Below, piece after piece: positions 1-10,582 of a stretch of 64,000 nucleotides of DNA. Location: the NCBI GenBank assembly GCA_963820525.1, contig CAWGAA010000001.1, positions 2,688,001 through 2,752,000 of the forward strand, in the 5' to 3' direction. Source of the stretch: an uncultured Spirochaetota bacterium (lineage in GTDB: Bacteria; Spirochaetota; Spirochaetia; SZUA-6; Fen-1364). Numbering within the stretch: the stretch's first letter is position 1; each line of letters opens with the position of its first letter. Both the position numbers and the translations under genes were made by a program. The notes under the pieces were generated by a model. The model saw nothing but the letters and a program-made list of their open reading frames with translations. It was not told where the DNA came from and made no database searches.

Positions 1-2
1 GA

Positions 3-80
3 ACCATCAATCTGGCGACAATGACGAAGGAGATCCAATTCACCGTTGCGCTAATAATTGATGGGATTACGAAAAGATAA
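3..80 (+). CDS. 3' end of a CDS running in from the window edge, possibly a TetR/AcrR-family regulator C-terminus
   Basis: Frame reads TINLATMTKEIQFTVALIIDGITKR*; '..LIIDGI' resembles TetR C-terminal helices. Only 25 codons are visible. Confidence 0.35.
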   Translation, partial: TINLATMTKEIQFTVALIIDGITKR

Positions 81-96
81 TTGCTGAGGAGGTTTT

Positions 97-354
97 ATGA
101 CAACTTTGAACGGATTGAAATCTCTGGATGACAGCCGGATTCAAACCTGGCTGCGGAAAATCGGTACCGGCGGGGTCGGAATTCTTGAAAAGGCATTACT
201 GCGTGCCGACAGCGAGGTCAAGGGCTGCATAGTGAGGAATATGCCGCCCTATGCTGGGAAAAAGCTTCAGGAGGATTTGAAAGCCCTCGCAAACCAAAAC
301 GTGAGCAAGCGGGAAATCCAGGAAAGCGCTGAGCAGCTGGAAAAGCTGCTTTAA
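97..354 (+). CDS. Stand-alone FliG C-terminal-domain-like protein (85 aa)
   Basis: GAGGAGG RBS. 'LDDSRIQTWLRKI..LEKALLRADSEVKGCIVRNMPPYAGKKLQEDL' aligns by eye with FliG-C 'LDDRAIQRVLREV..LAIALKGASEEVREKIFRNMSKRAAEMLKEE'. Confidence 0.7.
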   Translation: MTTLNGLKSLDDSRIQTWLRKIGTGGVGILEKALLRADSEVKGCIVRNMPPYAGKKLQEDLKALANQNVSKREIQESAEQLEKLL

Positions 355-409
355 AGCATCCCGCGTGCGTCGATATTCGCCTGGACCCTTTCAATGGGCG
401 AATCGTCTC

Positions 410-702
410 GGGCAGGGCTCTATCGTGGAGGCCGACATTATTCTCAACAACCAGATCGCGCGCTTCACGACGATATCGACCAATCTGCCCGATTCTTATT
501 ATCTCGAGGGCGTGCTGAGTCACGAGGGCATATGATCGGATTGGATCATATCGACTCCCCAACCTCGATCATGAAGGAGGATTCGCCGATGGAGGAGTCC
601 TGGCTCAAGGGTTCGATAGACGATGAGACCCTGGCAGCGATCGACCGACTCTACTCAAATAAGCCAACCAAAGTGCCGCCCCGCTTCGAGTACGGTATGT
701 GA
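410..702 (+). pseudogene. Matrixin (M10 metzincin) metalloprotease remnant, 5'-truncated and frameshifted in the Zn motif
   Basis: One frame gives GSIVEADIILNN..YYLEGVLSHE (to 526). The next frame continues GHMIGLDHIDSPTSIM..DETLAAIDRLY. Together these form HExxHxxGxxH, the Met-turn and the D..AI..LY helix. Confidence 0.75.
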
Positions 703-756
703 TGCGCTTGACAGAGCCCCCTCGCAGATCTACACATAGCTCCTCGGGATAGAGAG

Positions 757-2097
757 GTGGGAATTGGAGCCCTTTTTCTGTTGTTCGGAATTTCTCTCGT
801 AGGTTCGAGCCTGAACGAAACCTCGCTTTCGATCCCCTCACGCTTGACCGGAGGTCCCGCTCCAATGACAGGCCTGGCGTTGTGGAGCGACAACCCCCGC
901 ATTGCCCGATACTCCAAGGCGATTGCCCTGGAGTTCAAGAGCTTTCGCTACGACGAGATCGCTTCAGGCTCCCCCGATTCAGGGTTTCGCTACGATTGGA
1001 CAAAGGTCCGCAGGTTCTTGAATGAGGCATCAAAGCGCGGGCACCACGGAATCGTGCGCTTCCGGGACACGGATCCCGAGTTCTCGGACCCGAGAGTCTA
1101 CCCCGAGCCCTTCTTCAATCAGCCCGGCGTTCCGGCCAGCGTTCGCGGCTCCGTTCGAACTGCCCTGTACAAAGAGGGGATTCCCGGCACCGCTCCCGCG
1201 ACCGTGTGCTTTCCCGACTGGTCCAACCGGAAGCTGGTCGATTTCATCATCGTTTTTTATGATCATCTTGCTTCGGAGTTCGACGGGAAGGGCTCGCCTC
1301 TGGCGTGCGTCCAGGCAGGCTTTGGGTTGTGGGGAGAGTATCACCTCGATTTCGATAAACTGAGCGGATTCTCTGATACAGCTATCACTTCTATTGAAAC
1401 TGCTCTGGGCACGATCTTTCCCTCCAAGGCCGATCAGCTTCGGATCCTGACGGTCATAGATACGGTTTTACGTGAAACTCCCTGGGAACTTTCCATCGGC
1501 GCGGCCGACGGGGAGTATTCGCCGTTGGCGAGCCTCTCCGTCGACAGGAAGCTCTCCTTCGGCCTCTTTGACGATTCATTTTTGAGCGCCGACGCCGACG
1601 GCTACAATGCCAGAAATTGGTCCTTATTCGCGACGTATCCGAAGACCTTCAACGGAGGCGAGATCAGCTATTACGAGGTCAGGGATCAGAAAGAGGCGCT
1701 TTCTCCTGACGGGCCTCATGGAGTTTCACTCGCGAAGGCTGCGCGCTCGCGGTGTTTGAGCTACCTTGTGGCAAATGATCAGCCTCTCTATCGAAGCCCT
1801 GGCGAGCTTGCGCAGGCGGGGAAAGCGATGGGATATCACTTCATCGTTCGTGACGCGTATTCCAGAGGGAATGAGACCGTCGTTACCATAGAAAATGTCG
1901 GGAGCGCCGCGGCTTTTTTCGATATCTACCCCGCCATGGGCCCGGTTCGAGCGGCAGCATCTTTGCGAGGCGTGCTGCCCGGCGCCGCTAATGCCTGCAC
2001 CGTCACGATCCCCGCGACAGGACCGGGCAGCGACTTCTCCCTCCAATCCGACCGGCTGCTGCCTGGTCAGACGATCCCGTTTGACGGCAATGATTGA
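757..2097 (+). CDS. Secreted DUF4832-like (glycoside hydrolase-like TIM barrel) protein
   Basis: Hydrophobic N-terminus; PMTGLALW, YDW..V..FL..ASKRGHHGIVRF, QAGFGLWGEYH, GGEISYY and MGYHF motifs. Confidence 0.7.
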   Translation: MGIGALFLLFGISLVGSSLNETSLSIPSRLTGGPAPMTGLALWSDNPRIARYSKAIALEFKSFRYDEIASGSPDSGFRYDWTKVRRFLNEASKRGHHGIVRFRDTDPEFSDPRVYPEPFFNQPGVPASVRGSVRTALYKEGIPGTAPATVCFPDWSNRKLVDFIIVFYDHLASEFDGKGSPLACVQAGFGLWGEYHLDFDKLSGFSDTAITSIETALGTIFPSKADQLRILTVIDTVLRETPWELSIGAADGEYSPLASLSVDRKLSFGLFDDSFLSADADGYNARNWSLFATYPKTFNGGEISYYEVRDQKEALSPDGPHGVSLAKAARSRCLSYLVANDQPLYRSPGELAQAGKAMGYHFIVRDAYSRGNETVVTIENVGSAAAFFDIYPAMGPVRAAASLRGVLPGAANACTVTIPATGPGSDFSLQSDRLLPGQTIPFDGND

Positions 2098-2129
2098 CAT
2101 GGCAGAAGCCTGCTCGCTTCCTGCGGTCA

Positions 2130-2759
2130 TCACAGAGAATGACAGAAAGCGACCATCTCCTTGACAGCCTGCTCGAGGTTTTCCTCGTAGGTCCTACCAG
2201 AGCTTTTACGGGGCTTGAAAGAGTGATCTCCATCCTCGAGGTACACAATGCGTATGGCGGGAGAGAGGCGGTAGCCGGCGATCTCTGTCCGGCTGCCCAG
2301 GCTGTCGCGGGTGCCTTGAAGGATGAGCGTGGGAGTTTGGAGCTTCTCCAGATGCGCGACCCGAAGAGCGGAAGAGTTACCGGGCGGATGGAACGGGTAC
2401 CCCAAACAGACCAGCCCCTTCACTCCCAATCGATCCGCCACCATGCTCGCTATTCGCCCGCCCATTGATTTTCCGCCGATTACGAGCTTCGCGGGTGAGC
2501 CAAGCTGCCCGACAACCGAAGCCCATGTATCCATCAATACGTTGGGAGGATCGGGCCGAGTTCTCCTCCCCGTTCTCCTGAACTCCTGCATGTACGGAAA
2601 CTCGAAGCGGATCACGCGATAAGACTCCGCGGCAAGCGCGTGCGCCACGTGCTCCATGAATGCGGAATCCATTGCGGAGCCGGCACCATGAGCGAGCACG
2701 ATGCTGAGCGGTGCATGACGACCCTCGGGTTCGTCGATTTCAAGCGGTGTTTCGGACAT
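2130..2759 (-). CDS. Alpha/beta hydrolase (KANL3/Tex30-like)
   Basis: HGAG oxyanion motif, GKSMGG nucleophile elbow, GYPFHPP, QGTRD, GDHS. Confidence 0.9.
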   Translation of the reverse strand: MSETPLEIDEPEGRHAPLSIVLAHGAGSAMDSAFMEHVAHALAAESYRVIRFEFPYMQEFRRTGRRTRPDPPNVLMDTWASVVGQLGSPAKLVIGGKSMGGRIASMVADRLGVKGLVCLGYPFHPPGNSSALRVAHLEKLQTPTLILQGTRDSLGSRTEIAGYRLSPAIRIVYLEDGDHSFKPRKSSGRTYEENLEQAVKEMVAFCHSL

Positions 2760-2927
2760 TGTCCTTCCCTCATCAATATACACGCGACAGATTCATCAGG
2801 GACAAACGCCGCTTCAGATTTTATTCCCGCGTATAGACGACTCATGCCTTCCTGATAGATCTTTGTTCTTGAGCCTGACGGCTGAGGTTGGCCTTTGCCG
2901 AGGCATCGCCCCAGGCGGAGGAAATGT

Positions 2928-3983
2928 ATGAGCGATGAAAATGTCGTCATGCAGGCCGCGGTCCTGCACGCTCCGCGGGATCTGCGCTACCAGCAGGTGC
3001 CGGTTCCCACCCCGGGCCCGGACGAAGTCCTGGTTCAGGTCACCACGAACGGCCTCTGCGGCTCGGACATCCACTTTTACAGGGAAGGAAGGCTTGGCCC
3101 GTTCATCGTGAGCCGGCCGTATATTCCCGGGCACGAGGCATGCGGGATCGTAATTAAAGAGTCTTCGAGGCCGGGCGGCCCCCGGAAGGGAACGCGCGTG
3201 GCCATTGAACCGGGCATTCCCTGCCGCCGCTGCGCGCTGTGCAAGTCAGGTAGGTACAACCTCTGCCGCGATGTCATTTTCATGTCGGCCCCGCCCATCA
3301 ATGGAACGTTCGCCGAGTTCGCCGCGGTGGCCGCGGACTTCGCCCATCCGCTGCCAGATACGGTGGACGATGAGTCCGGCGCCTTCGTCGAGCCCCTGAG
3401 CGTGGGGGTGCAGGCATGCACGAGGGCCGGCTTGAAGGCGGCGGCAAGCGTCGCAGTAATAGGGGCGGGCCCCATCGGCCTCGTCACAATGCTCGTGGCA
3501 CGCGCATTCGGGGCGGCTTCTGTTTTTCTGGTGGATCGCCTGGCGGGCAGGCTCGCCTTGGGCGCCACACTCGGAGCAGAGGCCGCAATCGACGCGAGCG
3601 CAATGGATCCCGCCGCGCGCATTGCCGAGCTGACGGACGGGCGGGGAGTGGATTTCGTCTTCGATGCAAGCGGATCGTCCGCCGCATGCGCATCCGCCCC
3701 TGAGCTTGCAGCGCGCGGCGGATCTGTCACCATCATCGGCTGGCCGGAAAAAAGCACGTTCCCGTATCCGGTCGAGAGCATCATCGAGAAGGAGCTCGAT
3801 GTGCATGGCACGAACCGCTATTGCAATGCCTTCCCTCGGGCCATTGCTCTTCTGGCGAGCGGAAGGCTGGACGTGCATCCCCTCGTCTCTCACCGGTTCG
3901 AGCTCGAAAAGGTGACGGAAGCTTTTGCGTTTGCCGCGGATCACCCCGCGGAAACGATCAAGGTGATGGTGCGCACGCGATGA
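2928..3983 (+). CDS. Zn-dependent polyol (sorbitol/L-iditol-type) dehydrogenase, MDR family
   Basis: GLCGSDIH, GHE, CxxCxxC..C structural Zn site, GAGPIG; GGAGG RBS before ATG 2928. Confidence 0.9.
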   Translation: MSDENVVMQAAVLHAPRDLRYQQVPVPTPGPDEVLVQVTTNGLCGSDIHFYREGRLGPFIVSRPYIPGHEACGIVIKESSRPGGPRKGTRVAIEPGIPCRRCALCKSGRYNLCRDVIFMSAPPINGTFAEFAAVAADFAHPLPDTVDDESGAFVEPLSVGVQACTRAGLKAAASVAVIGAGPIGLVTMLVARAFGAASVFLVDRLAGRLALGATLGAEAAIDASAMDPAARIAELTDGRGVDFVFDASGSSAACASAPELAARGGSVTIIGWPEKSTFPYPVESIIEKELDVHGTNRYCNAFPRAIALLASGRLDVHPLVSHRFELEKVTEAFAFAADHPAETIKVMVRTR

Positions 3984-4715
3984 ACAGCGAGCAGCCTCTG
4001 GCGGGAAGGGTCATCATTATCACGGGGGCGAAGCTCGGGGATCGGAGCGGCCGCGGCCAGGGAGCTTGCCAAGCGGGGCTGTAAGGTAGCTCTCGCGGCT
4101 CGTTCCCGGGAAAAGCTCGGCTCGCTGGAAAAAGAGCTTGCTCCGGCCGCCATTGCTTTGCCTACGGACGTCACATCGGGCCCGGAAGTCTCTCGCATGG
4201 TAGCAGGCGCGTGGGAGCGCTTCGGCCGCATCGACGCGCTTCTCGCGAATGCCGGCGTCTATATTCCCGGCAAATTTACCGAAGGAGACCAGGATGCATT
4301 CGCGCGTATGGTGGATGTGAACGTCAACGGCGTTCTTCGCTGCGTGCACGCCGTGCTTCCGCACATGATTGCCCAAGGCTTCGGCGATATCATCGTCACG
4401 AGCTCGATCTCCGGCCACATCGACATTCCCTGGGAGCCCGTATACAGCGCGTCAAAGCATGCCGTGCAAAGCCTGGTGAACACGCTGCGCCGCCAGGTCG
4501 CGCCGTACGGAATTCGCGTCGGGGCCATCGCGCCGGGGATGGTGGCAAACGAGCTTTGGGGAATTGCCCAGCCTGAAGAAGTCGACAGGCTTGTTGCGGA
4601 GCGCACGGCGCTTCGATGCGAAGACGTCGTAGAGGCGGTCGTGTTCATGCTGACGCGGCCGCCCCACGTGACGATTCGCGATCTCGTTATAATCCCGCAG
4701 AAACAGGATCTCTGA
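3980..4715 (+). pseudogene. SDR oxidoreductase (ribitol dehydrogenase-like) with a +1 frameshift at ~4031 (pseudogene or sequencing error)
   Basis: ATG 3980 overlaps the upstream TGA. Removing one A in 'gcg a agc tcg' restores TGASSGIG, in frame with NAG and YSASK in ORF 4158..4715. Confidence 0.85.
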
Positions 4716-4761
4716 TCCGGCAGCTCTCTCGCTGCCGATCATTGGCCCACCCCGAGAGGAA

Positions 4762-5352
4762 TTACTTTGCCGGCGCTGGCGGTGCCCGCATTACGGGCGG
4801 CAGCCATTTGCCGAAAGCGGCCATATGGTCCCAGTAGGCCGCGTAGCCCACGATGGCCCAAACGACCGCCGCGCCCAAGAGCAGAAGCGCCGCGAGGATC
4901 CGCACCACCGGTGATTTCCGGAGCAGGTACACGGGAAGGGAGAGCACACCCGCAAGGCCGCTCAGAACGAACCCGAGCATCGCGACAAGCGGCTCATTTG
5001 TCAGCTTCAGGGAGAAGATCCGCACTCCGAGGAGGATCGACGACGCGCCGGCGAAAACCGCGTACACCGCCAGGGTGAGGAGATCCCAATCCCGCAGAAC
5101 GGCGATGCCGGCGACGAAGAAGAGGATCCCATAGAACAGCGACATTTCCCCGAAGGGGATGTTGTAGCTGCCGGGGAGCGGCCAGGTGAAGATAAGGTGG
5201 AGTCCGGTGACCGTGGAGATGAAACCGGTCACGAGAAACCCCGGCGCGACCTTTTTGCGGTCCTTTTCCAGGTACAAGAGAACGAAGATTCCCGTGATGA
5301 TGAGCCCAGCGACGATGTTGATGATCATGATCGTCAAATAATCGACGAACAT
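4762..5352 (-). CDS. DUF981-family membrane protein
   Basis: MFVDYLT..N start, TWPLPGSYNI.FGE motif, multiple TM helices, AGGAGG RBS. Confidence 0.85.
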   Translation of the reverse strand: MFVDYLTIMIINIVAGLIITGIFVLLYLEKDRKKVAPGFLVTGFISTVTGLHLIFTWPLPGSYNIPFGEMSLFYGILFFVAGIAVLRDWDLLTLAVYAVFAGASSILLGVRIFSLKLTNEPLVAMLGFVLSGLAGVLSLPVYLLRKSPVVRILAALLLLGAAVVWAIVGYAAYWDHMAAFGKWLPPVMRAPPAPAK

Positions 5353-5515
5353 CCAACACCTCCTATTCTGTAGGCGGCGAACGCGGCGCCCGGCTACGTA
5401 TTGATACTAGGTGTAAAGGTACTGATTCGCTCGTCCCATCGGCAACGAGGCGTGCGGCGAACGAGCGAGGACGGCAATTCGCGCGGAGATTGCCCGTGCG
5501 GCGTCCGCCGCCGGG

Positions 5516-6151
5516 TCAATCCGTCTGGTAGCGCTGGAGGAAGAGCTTGGCCGCCTTTCGCGTCTTTGGGCTCCCGCAGTCCAGCTGGTCTTTCACGAAG
5601 GCGATTACGGGCTCTTTTTCATCGGACTCGTCCAGGTACTGGTCGAAGGCCTCGATGATATAGGATTGGATAAGCTCTCCGTTCTTCCGCTCTCCGCTTT
5701 TCTTGCCAGCGTCCAGGAGGAGCTTCGTGACGGTTGGACGCAGCTCGGGCTTTGCTCGCGCGATCTTGCCGGCGTTGAGGGCGAGATGGGAGGCGATCAT
5801 CGTGCTTCCGTCCGCGATGAGCCCGAAGTATTTGTCCGAGATGTGCCTGAAGCGATTTTCGGTGTCCGCCGAGAGGAGATTGGCGATCAGGTAGATGGCC
5901 TGAAACTTGAAATAGTTGTTCTTGCTGTCCAGCATATCCACCAGTGAATCCCATTGGGGATACAGGGCTTTCGGCGCCGTCGAGCTCACCTGGAGGAGGA
6001 TCTGGTAGCAGTTGTATCTCAAGGTGTCGTTTTTCGAGCGTGTGTTCTGCACCACGAGGGACAAGAGCCCCCCCTCCGCCATGGCGCGCGAGGCGATCTC
6101 CTTCACGCCCAGTCCCTTCTTCCTGGCCAGCTTGGCAATCACGTCACTCAT
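5516..6151 (-). CDS. Hypothetical HEAT/ARM-repeat-like protein
   Basis: Helical repeats (LRYNCYQIL, LYPQWD.LV.ML, SPKTRKAAK.FL). Confidence 0.65.
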   Translation of the reverse strand: MSDVIAKLARKKGLGVKEIASRAMAEGGLLSLVVQNTRSKNDTLRYNCYQILLQVSSTAPKALYPQWDSLVDMLDSKNNYFKFQAIYLIANLLSADTENRFRHISDKYFGLIADGSTMIASHLALNAGKIARAKPELRPTVTKLLLDAGKKSGERKNGELIQSYIIEAFDQYLDESDEKEPVIAFVKDQLDCGSPKTRKAAKLFLQRYQTD

Positions 6152-6342
6152 CTCGGTTCCCTTTCACTCCCGGCGATCCATCGCGGTATGTTACCTCAAG
6201 TATATCTCAGAGCCTTCGCGGACTCCACGTGAGGCCAATCGCCGTCCCGGGCAGCAGGGTTGGCGGACGCTCCTTGTCCTTGACTTTTTCAGGTGCCGGA
6301 ATTATAGGTGAATCGAGCAGGAATAAGAGAAAGGGGTCACGC

Positions 6343-7455
6343 ATGTCGGTCTCCGTCGAGCCGGTCGCATCGAAGAAACACCTCAAGGAGTTCGTGAAGC
6401 TGCCCTACGCGCTGTACAGGAAGGATCCCAACTGGGTCCCCCAGCTGCTCATGGACGACTACAAGAAGCTCGACCGCGAGAAGCATCCCTTCTTCAAGCA
6501 TGCCACGGCCGAGTACTTCCTGGCCCGATCCGAAGGCAGGCCGGCGGGCAGGATCGGAGTCATCCAGGACGCGCTCTGGAAGGAGCGCCATGGGGAGAAC
6601 GCGGCTTACTGGGGCTGGTTCGAATCCGTGAACGACCCCGCCGTTGCCAAAGCGCTTTTCGACGCCGCCCACTCCTGGGCCAAGGAACGCGGATGCACGC
6701 GCATCTTCGGCCCCATGACCCCCAATGCGAACGACTACGTGGGGCTTCTTATCGAGGGCTTCGATGAGCCGCCCTGCATCATGATGACGTACAATCCTTC
6801 CTACTATGCCAAGCTGGTGGAAGGGGCAGGATACTGCAAGTGGAAGGATCTCTTCGCCTGGCTTCTTGACGACCCCAATATCCCCGAGCGCCTCAAGGAG
6901 GTCATCCCCGTCGTGGAGAAACGGGGCAAGTTCACGCTGCGCACGGTGAACATGAAGGACTTCGCCGGGGAATTGAAGAAGGCCCGCTCCATCTACAACG
7001 AGTTCGAACAGGTGAACTCGATCTACACACCTTTCACCGAAGAGGAGTTCGAGTACGTGGGAAAAGACTTGAAGATGGCCATCGACCCGGACATCGTCCT
7101 ATTCGCCGAGGTGGATGGAAAGCCGGCGGGCCTGTCACTGGCCATACCCGATATGAACGTGGCGCTGAAGCCGGCGCGGGGGCGGCTCTTCCCCCTGGGG
7201 ATCTTCAAGATCCTGCTGGCCTCCCGAAAGATCAAGCGCATCCGCGTGCTCAGCATGGGCGTTCTGAAGGAGTACAGGCATCGCGGCATCGACCTTTCTT
7301 TCTACTACCACACGTACGTGACCGGCCTCCGGAAAGGCATTACCAGCGCCGAGATGTCGTGGGTGGAGGAGGACAATGTGCCGATGAACAACGTGGCCCG
7401 GCGGATGAACGCCAAGAAATACAAGACCTACAGGGTCTACGAGCACACCCTCTGA
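6343..7455 (+). CDS. YghO-like tandem GNAT acyltransferase (bacterial ceramide synthase-like family)
   Basis: FVKLPY.LY..DPNWVP, GRI, GWFE, YNPSYY, MGVLKEYRHRGI, EMSWVEEDN, YKTYRVY. Confidence 0.8.
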   Translation: MSVSVEPVASKKHLKEFVKLPYALYRKDPNWVPQLLMDDYKKLDREKHPFFKHATAEYFLARSEGRPAGRIGVIQDALWKERHGENAAYWGWFESVNDPAVAKALFDAAHSWAKERGCTRIFGPMTPNANDYVGLLIEGFDEPPCIMMTYNPSYYAKLVEGAGYCKWKDLFAWLLDDPNIPERLKEVIPVVEKRGKFTLRTVNMKDFAGELKKARSIYNEFEQVNSIYTPFTEEEFEYVGKDLKMAIDPDIVLFAEVDGKPAGLSLAIPDMNVALKPARGRLFPLGIFKILLASRKIKRIRVLSMGVLKEYRHRGIDLSFYYHTYVTGLRKGITSAEMSWVEEDNVPMNNVARRMNAKKYKTYRVYEHTL

Positions 7456-7475
7456 GGAAGGGCCGCCGCCGCGCG

Positions 7476-10475
7476 TCAACTGCGATCCAGGATTTCCCGA
7501 ACCTTTTCCAGGAGCTTTCGCGAGCTGAAGGGCTTCTGGATGAAGTCGATCCCCTCATCCAGAATTCCATGGTGCACGATGGCGTTTTCTGCGTACCCTG
7601 ATATATAGAGGACCTTGAGCTGCCGGCAGAGCTCCTGCACCTTGCGCACGAGCTCCCTGCCGCTCATGCGGGGCATCACGACGTCCGTGATGAGCAGGCT
7701 CACCCCGCAGGCGCGGTCTGAGATTTCAGCAAGGGCTTCCGGTCCGCTCGCCGCTTCAACCACGGTATAGCCGTTTTTTCGGAGGACTGTCGTCGTAAAG
7801 CCGAGCACGGCGTCCTCGTCCTCCACCAGGAGGATCGTCTCGTTCCCCGCCACCTCGGAGTTTGCGTGCTCGGAAGCGAGCTCGGAGCCCGGCTCCACCG
7901 AGGTGCGGGGAAAATACAGGACGAAGATCGTGCCCTTGCCCGGCTCGCTGTAGCAGGATATATAGCCCTCGCTCTGCTTGATGATCCCGTATGCCATGGG
8001 CAGGCCGAGCCCGGTGCCCTTCCCCTTTTCCTTGGTGGTGAAAAACGGCTCGAAGATGCGCGACATCGTGTCGGCGTCCATTCCATGGCCGGTGTCGCTT
8101 ACCGTAAGCCGGACGTATTCCCCCGGCTTCACCTCGGGATGCTCCCGGGTGTAGGACTGGTCAAGGAGCCGGTTGGAGGTCTCGATGGTCAGCTTTCCGC
8201 CCCTGGGCATTGCGTCCCGCGAGTTGACGGCGAGATTCATGATCACCTGCTCGATCTGGCCGGGATCCGCCCGGAAGTTTCCCGCCTCGGGATCGAGGAA
8301 CGTGGCCAGCTCAATGTCTTCTCCGATGACGCGGCGCAGCATGTTGCCCATGTTGCTCACCATCTCGTTGACGCTGATGACGCGAGGCTGGAGCACCTGC
8401 TTGCGGCTGAAGGCGAGGAGCTGGGAGGTGAGGGAAGACGCCCGGGCCGAGGCCTTGATGATCTCCCGCATGTCCTCCCGCAGCGGGCTGTCCTCCGGTA
8501 GCCTGTCGAATACCAGGTCGCAGTAGCCGCTGATCACCGTGAGGATGTTGTTGAAATCGTGGGCGATGCCCCCGGCGAGACGTCCCACGGCCTCCATCTT
8601 CTGTGCCTGCTGGAGCTGCTCACGGCTCCTGGCGAGCGCTTCTTCCGCCTTTTTCGCCTCCGTGATGTCCCGCGAGACGCTGCCGATGCGCCAACCCGAG
8701 AGCGTGCGGATGGGGAAGAGGTACTGTTGGATATGCTTGATGGTGCCGTTGGGCATTTGGAGGACGGCCTCGAGCGTCTGGTTGAGGAAATCGGCCTTCC
8801 CCGCCTGGAGGGCGGATTGGTACCTCTCTTTCAAGGCTTGGATGTGGCTCTCCGTCCGCTTTTCTCCCGACAGATAGAGGCCCATAAGGTCCCAGATCCG
8901 CATCCCCAGGGCCTTGTCCCGCTCAAGGGCGGCCAGCCTCTCGGCGGCCGGGTTGAACTCGATGATTCCGCCCTCCTCGTCGATGAGAATGATCGCTTCG
9001 GCCGTCTGTTCGACGAAGCTCCTGAACTTCTCCTCGCTGTCGCGGAGCCTGTCTTCCATGATTCTGCGCCCGGTGATGTCGACGTGAGTGCCGACGATGC
9101 GCTCAGCCGCCCCGGCGGCGGTTCTCTTCACCACCTTTCCCCTGCTCAAGACCCACCGCCATCCCCCGTCGCGCGAGCGCATGCGAAACTCGAGCGAGTT
9201 GGCATCTTCGCGCCCTGAAAGGAGGCTCTCGATTCCCGCCAGAGTGCGCTCCAGATCTTCGGGATGGACCAGGCTCTTCCACGATTGGAAGCTCGACTCG
9301 ATCTCTCCGGGCTTGTAGCCCAGCATCGTGTAATACCGGGTGCTCCAGTACGTCCTGCCCGTTGATACCTCCCAGTCCCACAGGCCGTCGCTTGCGCTGT
9401 CGAATGCAAGCTGGAGCCTTTCACGGCTCAGCGCGACCTCGTCCTCGGCAAGCCGTCTTTCGGTGACATCGTGGAGAAGAAACAGGCTGCCCTGGGACCT
9501 GCCCAGATAATCCCTGATGGGGGAGACGGCCAGGTCATAGGTGCGCTCGCCGCCTGGGCCCGGCACATCGAGCCGGTCTCTGGCCGAAGAGGAGGCGATG
9601 AAGCGCGAAAGGGCGGACGCCCATGGGGCGGGGAGCCTGTCGACGCTCTGTCCGACAGTGGTCCTCGGGTCGAAACCGATCGCCTTCTGGGCCCGTGCAT
9701 TGAAGTCGATGAGCCTTCCTTTGCCATCGAGGACGAGCATGAGGTCTTCCAACGTCTGCATGACGTTGATTGCCGCAATGGGGATGACGTCATGGAGCCG
9801 GTATCGAAAGAGGGCAAACGCGGCGAGTATTCCGCTGGCCGTGAGAACCATCGGCGTGGGATTCACGGACCGCCACGAGATGATTCCGAGCTGGAAGAGG
9901 ACGTCCGATATCACCGGCAGGGCGATTGCGGCGATCGCCGCCGCAACCTGCCTCTTGAAGAGGGGCTGCCTGCCCCGCGCTGAGCCCGCGATCAGGAAGA
10001 TCGCGGCCACCGACAGCCCATAGAGGTAGAGCAGGTGGATGGGGTACAAGACGCCGTTGGAGTACAGGAGCGCCGGAGTTGCGTGCAGCAAATCGACGTG
10101 ATAGTTGTACCGGAACAGGGCGCCGGAGTTTGCAAAGGCGAGAACCACGGCCAGGAAGGGCTCGATCAGGAAAAGCGAGATCCGCTCCGGTTTGAGCCAG
10201 TCCGCTCGGCCCGAGTACTGAAAACCGAATACCAGCATCCCCACGGGGAGCAGGGCGTTGCAGAGCAGGCGGAGCTTCATCGACAGGATCTTGGTGGGGA
10301 GATCGATGCTCCCCAGCTCCAGAGCGTAGAAAAGCGCCCACAAGGAGCACAGGATCATCACGAAGCTGAAGGGGACCGACGCGGGAGTGCGCCGCAATAT
10401 GAGCTCGTGAATGGCCAGCGCAAGCAGGATTGCAGAGGAAAAGAACAAAGGCAACAGAAATAAACTATATTGCAT
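7476..10475 (-). CDS. Hybrid sensor histidine kinase (HisKA_7TM, 3 PAS, HisKA, HATPase, REC)
   Basis: 7TM N-terminus, PAS/PAC motifs, [12 protein letters not shown]-box, NSRDAM N-box, [12 protein letters not shown], receiver LLVEDE/TDVVMP/KP. Confidence 0.93.
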   Translation of the reverse strand: MQYSLFLLPLFFSSAILLALAIHELILRRTPASVPFSFVMILCSLWALFYALELGSIDLPTKILSMKLRLLCNALLPVGMLVFGFQYSGRADWLKPERISLFLIEPFLAVVLAFANSGALFRYNYHVDLLHATPALLYSNGVLYPIHLLYLYGLSVAAIFLIAGSARGRQPLFKRQVAAAIAAIALPVISDVLFQLGIISWRSVNPTPMVLTASGILAAFALFRYRLHDVIPIAAINVMQTLEDLMLVLDGKGRLIDFNARAQKAIGFDPRTTVGQSVDRLPAPWASALSRFIASSSARDRLDVPGPGGERTYDLAVSPIRDYLGRSQGSLFLLHDVTERRLAEDEVALSRERLQLAFDSASDGLWDWEVSTGRTYWSTRYYTMLGYKPGEIESSFQSWKSLVHPEDLERTLAGIESLLSGREDANSLEFRMRSRDGGWRWVLSRGKVVKRTAAGAAERIVGTHVDITGRRIMEDRLRDSEEKFRSFVEQTAEAIILIDEEGGIIEFNPAAERLAALERDKALGMRIWDLMGLYLSGEKRTESHIQALKERYQSALQAGKADFLNQTLEAVLQMPNGTIKHIQQYLFPIRTLSGWRIGSVSRDITEAKKAEEALARSREQLQQAQKMEAVGRLAGGIAHDFNNILTVISGYCDLVFDRLPEDSPLREDMREIIKASARASSLTSQLLAFSRKQVLQPRVISVNEMVSNMGNMLRRVIGEDIELATFLDPEAGNFRADPGQIEQVIMNLAVNSRDAMPRGGKLTIETSNRLLDQSYTREHPEVKPGEYVRLTVSDTGHGMDADTMSRIFEPFFTTKEKGKGTGLGLPMAYGIIKQSEGYISCYSEPGKGTIFVLYFPRTSVEPGSELASEHANSEVAGNETILLVEDEDAVLGFTTTVLRKNGYTVVEAASGPEALAEISDRACGVSLLITDVVMPRMSGRELVRKVQELCRQLKVLYISGYAENAIVHHGILDEGIDFIQKPFSSRKLLEKVREILDRS

Positions 10476-10582
10476 AATGTTAGTAATTATACACCCGCCG
10501 TGCACGATCGAGATAGTATTCGCCGGCTATGGTGCGCCGTGTTGCGGGCGAGCTCCTTCCAGTCTATAATCCCAGCCACATC

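Noticed and set aside
589..702. Independent 37-aa small protein with an AAGGAGG RBS
   Set aside because: Better explained as the C-terminus of the matrixin pseudogene; the apparent RBS is coding sequence (MKED).
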